Assembly: GCA_965218785.1 (NCBI GenBank) | Contig: OZ244650.1 | Span: 1,760,001-1,824,000, forward strand | Length of the DNA stretch: 64,000 nucleotides | Origin: Nitrosopumilus sp. | Lineage (GTDB): Archaea > Thermoproteota > Nitrososphaeria > Nitrososphaerales > Nitrosopumilaceae | Reading direction: 5' to 3' | Shown: positions 60,567 through 64,000 of the stretch, in pieces | Layout: each line of letters starts with the position of its first letter | Position numbering within the stretch: the first letter of the stretch is position 1 | The notes under the pieces: generated by a model | What the model was told of the DNA's origin: nothing | Database searches by the model: none | Seen by the model: only the letters and a program-made list of their open reading frames with translations | Program-made: the position numbers and the translations under genes

Positions 60567-61291
60567 ATTGAGACAAACACCATCAATGAGGCCAGTCTTG
60601 CAAGTTCGTTGGTTGCACCAAGGACATCACCAGTGATTCCGCCAAAACTGCGAGTAGAGATTGCCAGCAGGAAAATTGTCAGAGTAACTGCAGCTGCGAG
60701 CATCACAAGTCCGGTAGTTCCACCAATAACGGCAACGGGAACAAGCATGATGATAAAAGCCGCGGCAAGCCTTCTCTTATCTTTCATTGCTGAGATGAAG
60801 GGGGAGTTTGAGCCCGGTGAGGCCGAGTTTCCCAGGCTGGCCATCAGCACCATTGAGAATTTGGCCAAAATTTCACTAATCAGAATTGCCCTGAACAAAT
60901 CAAACCCGTCTGTAAAAGAGATGGTGATTACCAGACCCATAAGATACAAGGCAGTTCCGGCAGTTCCGGCAGAACCGGTGGAAAGATCTTTCATTGCTTT
61001 TAGTTTTCTGTCTTTGCTGCCTTTGACCATAAGACCGTCTGCAAAATCAGCCAATCCATCTACATGATGAATTCCCGTTATAATTACAAGGGAAGCTGCC
61101 ACCAGCAGACTGACTAGCAGGGGATCTAAAAAGAAAGACAATCCAAAACCAAGCGAGCCGACTAAAAGTCCGATTACGATTCCGACAATCGGAAAAATGT
61201 ACATGTACTTTGCAGTGTTTTCTAGCGTGACATTTGATGATGATGGGAGGATGGTCAGAAAAGAAAAGACGGAACTGATTTCTTTAAGCAT
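60563..61291 (-). CDS. cobS: Cobalamin synthase
   Basis: FLTILP, TGIHHVDGLADFADG, MKD, FGGITGDVLGA. Confidence 0.94.
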   Translation of the reverse strand: MLKEISSVFSFLTILPSSSNVTLENTAKYMYIFPIVGIVIGLLVGSLGFGLSFFLDPLLVSLLVAASLVIITGIHHVDGLADFADGLMVKGSKDRKLKAMKDLSTGSAGTAGTALYLMGLVITISFTDGFDLFRAILISEILAKFSMVLMASLGNSASPGSNSPFISAMKDKRRLAAAFIIMLVPVAVIGGTTGLVMLAAAVTLTIFLLAISTRSFGGITGDVLGATNELARLASLMVFVSI

Positions 61292-62255
61292 GAATCCACC
61301 ATCCAATCACAGATAAAATAGAAATTATTGGAACGGTGATTATTCCAAAGAAAAGGATTGATGTTATCTTCATTATTGTAATTGCAGAGCAGACATGCTG
61401 TTTTGTTAGTGTGATTTTGCCATCACCTAATTCATAATGATTGATCTTTTCAAATTTTGTCCCAAGTGCGCCTGCAAATGCAGCCATGGGGTACCCGGCA
61501 TTGCAGCTTTCCGTGTTTTTACCATCACGCATCATTATTTTGTATGATTCCTTCCAATTATTTTGTAAAATAGCAGCCGAGATGATCACAAGTAATCCCG
61601 TGATTCTAGAGGGAATGTAATTTAAGATGGTGTCACATTTTGCCGCAAACCATCCGACATTTTTGAAGATATCAGTCTTGTATCCAATCATTGAATCAGC
61701 AGTATTGATAACCCTGTACACAAAGGCTCCAGGCAAGCCAAAAAGAGCATAATAAAAGAGAGGTCCGGTAACTCCATCAACGGTATTTTCGCTGATACTT
61801 TCAAGCACGCCTGAAATTACGTGGTTTTTGTCTAGGTTTTTGGTATTTCTCTTTACTATCATGGCCAGATTTGTTCGTGCAGAATCCAAATCGTCTTGTT
61901 CCAGGGAATTTACCACCGCTAGGGCAAAATGTTCCATGCCTCGAACTGCCACAGTAGTCTTGAGCAGGATTGCTCCAACTGCGACTGTAACGACTAGGAT
62001 TATCCAGTCAGTTGCAAGAAACGAGATCCCCAGATTTAAAGTTGAAAGCAACGCAGTGACGATTCCCACGGATATTACAATTACAAAAACCCCTCCAAGT
62101 TTTTCAACATATGCATTATGATTTTTAGCCAGCGGTGTCAGATTTGCAATTAGTGTGCCAATCCAGGAGGTGGGATGGTATTTATTTTTAGGATCCCCAA
62201 AAACAAAGTCCAATCCCAGGGCAAGGGCGGCAATTACTATGGATTCTAGAATCAT
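61284..62255 (-). CDS. cbiB: Adenosylcobinamide-phosphate synthase
   Basis: GDP...HP, ESISEN..DG, YRVINTADSMIGY, NYIPSR, NAGYP. Confidence 0.94.
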   Translation of the reverse strand: MILESIVIAALALGLDFVFGDPKNKYHPTSWIGTLIANLTPLAKNHNAYVEKLGGVFVIVISVGIVTALLSTLNLGISFLATDWIILVVTVAVGAILLKTTVAVRGMEHFALAVVNSLEQDDLDSARTNLAMIVKRNTKNLDKNHVISGVLESISENTVDGVTGPLFYYALFGLPGAFVYRVINTADSMIGYKTDIFKNVGWFAAKCDTILNYIPSRITGLLVIISAAILQNNWKESYKIMMRDGKNTESCNAGYPMAAFAGALGTKFEKINHYELGDGKITLTKQHVCSAITIMKITSILFFGIITVPIISILSVIGWWIHA

Positions 62256-63091
62256 TTCAACATCCTCTCGATTGCCTTGATATTTAGATTGCTTTTTGTA
62301 ATCTTTGCTAGTTTGCCTATCTCTTTGTCAATTTTAGAGATGTTATTTCTGGTCCAAGCAACCTCTTTTGGTGTTACATCAAGCGAGTCCTCTTCTGGTA
62401 AATCAATTTTCAGCATTGGTATGGTTCCTAAAACTGGAACCTTTGTAATTTTTTTTATCTTTGTAAAGCCCGGTTTTAGTACATCAATATCCCCGCGAAA
62501 CTTGTTGAAAATAAATCCCTTGATCATCTTTTGATGTTTTTTTTCCAACAGAGTCATGGTTCCTACTAAACCTGCAAAGGATCCCCCCCTGTCAATATCA
62601 GATACCAGCAAAACGGAGGCATTTACTTTTTCAGCAATAGACATGTTTGCAATATCGAATTTTTGCAAATTTATCTCTGCGGGGGAACCTGCACCCTCCA
62701 GAATCACCAGATCATGGTTTTTTTCAAGCCTGGTCAGGGAATCAGTTGCAGCCCTGATTCCTTTTGATTTTACAAATTTTGCATAATAGTCCTTTGCATG
62801 CATTTTCTTGTAGCGCTTGCCGTTGAGATAGACTGTACTATAGTAATTTCCCAGTGGTTTGAGCATGATAGGATTAAGATCCGGGGTGATTTGGCATCGG
62901 GCACCTATTGCCTGAATTGCTTGGGCCCGAGATATCTCAAAATCAGGCGTGGCATAGCCAAAATTTGACATATTTTGTGATTTGAATGGTGCAACACTGT
63001 AACCCTTGTCAGCAAAGATTCGACATAATGCTGCAACCAATGTTGTCTTTCCAACACCGGAGGCAGTTCCCTGTATCATTAAAGAATTCAT
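62252..63091 (-). CDS. cobQ: Cobyric acid synthase, synthetase domain only (279 aa)
   Basis: QGTASGVGKT, PFKSQNMS, EGAGSPAEINL, DIDRGG, NKFRGD, LPEEDS. Confidence 0.92.
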   Translation of the reverse strand: MNSLMIQGTASGVGKTTLVAALCRIFADKGYSVAPFKSQNMSNFGYATPDFEISRAQAIQAIGARCQITPDLNPIMLKPLGNYYSTVYLNGKRYKKMHAKDYYAKFVKSKGIRAATDSLTRLEKNHDLVILEGAGSPAEINLQKFDIANMSIAEKVNASVLLVSDIDRGGSFAGLVGTMTLLEKKHQKMIKGFIFNKFRGDIDVLKPGFTKIKKITKVPVLGTIPMLKIDLPEEDSLDVTPKEVAWTRNNISKIDKEIGKLAKITKSNLNIKAIERMLK

Positions 63092-64000
63092 GCTACTATC
63101 TCCAATGCATGTATCAGTTTTAGATTCTCCTTATGGGATTTTACCGCAATTCTGATATAATGATTGTTTAAACCTCTAAAACTTTTACAGTCACGTATTA
63201 GGATTTTATGTTTTAGCAGCTTTTTTTGAAGTACCGTAGAGTCTTGTCTTGTTTTAATTAGGATAAAATTAGTTGATGATGCATGGCATTCAAATCCTTG
63301 GATACCGGCAATCCTGTTTTTAAGAAAATTGGATTCTTTTTTTATTATGGATTTTGCTTTTGTAATATGGATTTTGTTTTTGATTGCAGTTAATCCCGCT
63401 TCTTGAGCAAGTGCATTGACACTCCAAGGAATTTTCGTCTTTTGTAAGATGTCTATAATTTGTTTTGAAGCTGCGGCATATCCGATTCTAATACCGGCCA
63501 AACCGAATGATTTTGTAAGTGATCTCAGTACAAAGAGATTATCGTATTGTTTTATTAAATTCAATATTGACTGGTTTGATTCAGGAACTAGTTCAATAAA
63601 ACATTCGTCAACAAATACAAAACAGGATTTTATTTTGGCAGCAGAGATAATTCTGGTTAGCTGTTTTTTTGACAGGATTGTTCCAGTGGGATTATTAGGA
63701 TTGCAAATGAAGACACATCCATTGGCGGGGATCTGGCAAATAAATGAATCAATGTGTTCAGAAAGATTCATTGTTTTAAAAAAAACAATTTTACAATCAG
63801 CCAGCCTTGCAGCAGCCTCATATTCTCCAAACGTGGGAATTGGTATTAGAATGTCTTTTTTTGGCAAAAAGACGCTGCAAAAATTATAGATTATCTCAAC
63901 TGCACCGTTTCCAACAATCAGGTTTGATTCTGGCAGTATAACATATTTTTTGAGACCGGCTATCAGGTCACTTGAGTTAGAGTCCGGATAATGCTCTATT
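63088..64000 (-). CDS. cobD: Threonine-phosphate decarboxylase / HisC-like PLP enzyme (5' end outside the window)
   Basis: Frame is open to the window edge (HYPD...GNGAVEIIY); CNPNNPTG, DECF, RSLTKSFGLAGIRIGY. Confidence 0.85.
   Translation of the reverse strand, partial: IEHYPDSNSSDLIAGLKKYVILPESNLIVGNGAVEIIYNFCSVFLPKKDILIPIPTFGEYEAAARLADCKIVFFKTMNLSEHIDSFICQIPANGCVFICNPNNPTGTILSKKQLTRIISAAKIKSCFVFVDECFIELVPESNQSILNLIKQYDNLFVLRSLTKSFGLAGIRIGYAAASKQIIDILQKTKIPWSVNALAQEAGLTAIKNKIHITKAKSIIKKESNFLKNRIAGIQGFECHASSTNFILIKTRQDSTVLQKKLLKHKILIRDCKSFRGLNNHYIRIAVKSHKENLKLIHALEIVA

Overview
Chromosomal window from an ammonia-oxidising archaeon (Nitrososphaerota/Thaumarchaeota, Nitrosopumilus-like), judged from gene content and protein motifs. 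Most of it is core genome: hisS, eIF6, two 7Fe-type ferredoxins, RFC/GINS/MCM/Hel308, AglH-like transferase, ilvE, FNR, Alba, sdhACDB, argH, a heme-copper oxidase cluster with a two-domain blue-copper protein, npdG, hmgA, tiaS, dph2, csl4, pheA, guaB/guaA, folP/mptE, thermosome, adenine deaminase, rpl44e/rps27e and late cobalamin genes. Four tRNAs are visible: Ser-TGA, Ala-GGC, Lys-CTT, and initiator Met with a D-loop intron. Two small decayed accessory islands lie next to the 3' ends of tRNA-Ala (about 16.7-18.5 kb) and tRNA-Lys (about 27.5-32.1 kb). The best candidate for an undescribed system is in the second island: an intact DUF3800-like (D-x-S-G ... D-x-x-A) gene faces a compact, structured, roughly 80-nt element that has a TATA-like box and an oligo-T end on the opposite strand. 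The pair sits among remnants of what appears to be a deleted defence locus. All family calls come from motif recognition by eye; no database search or folding program was run.
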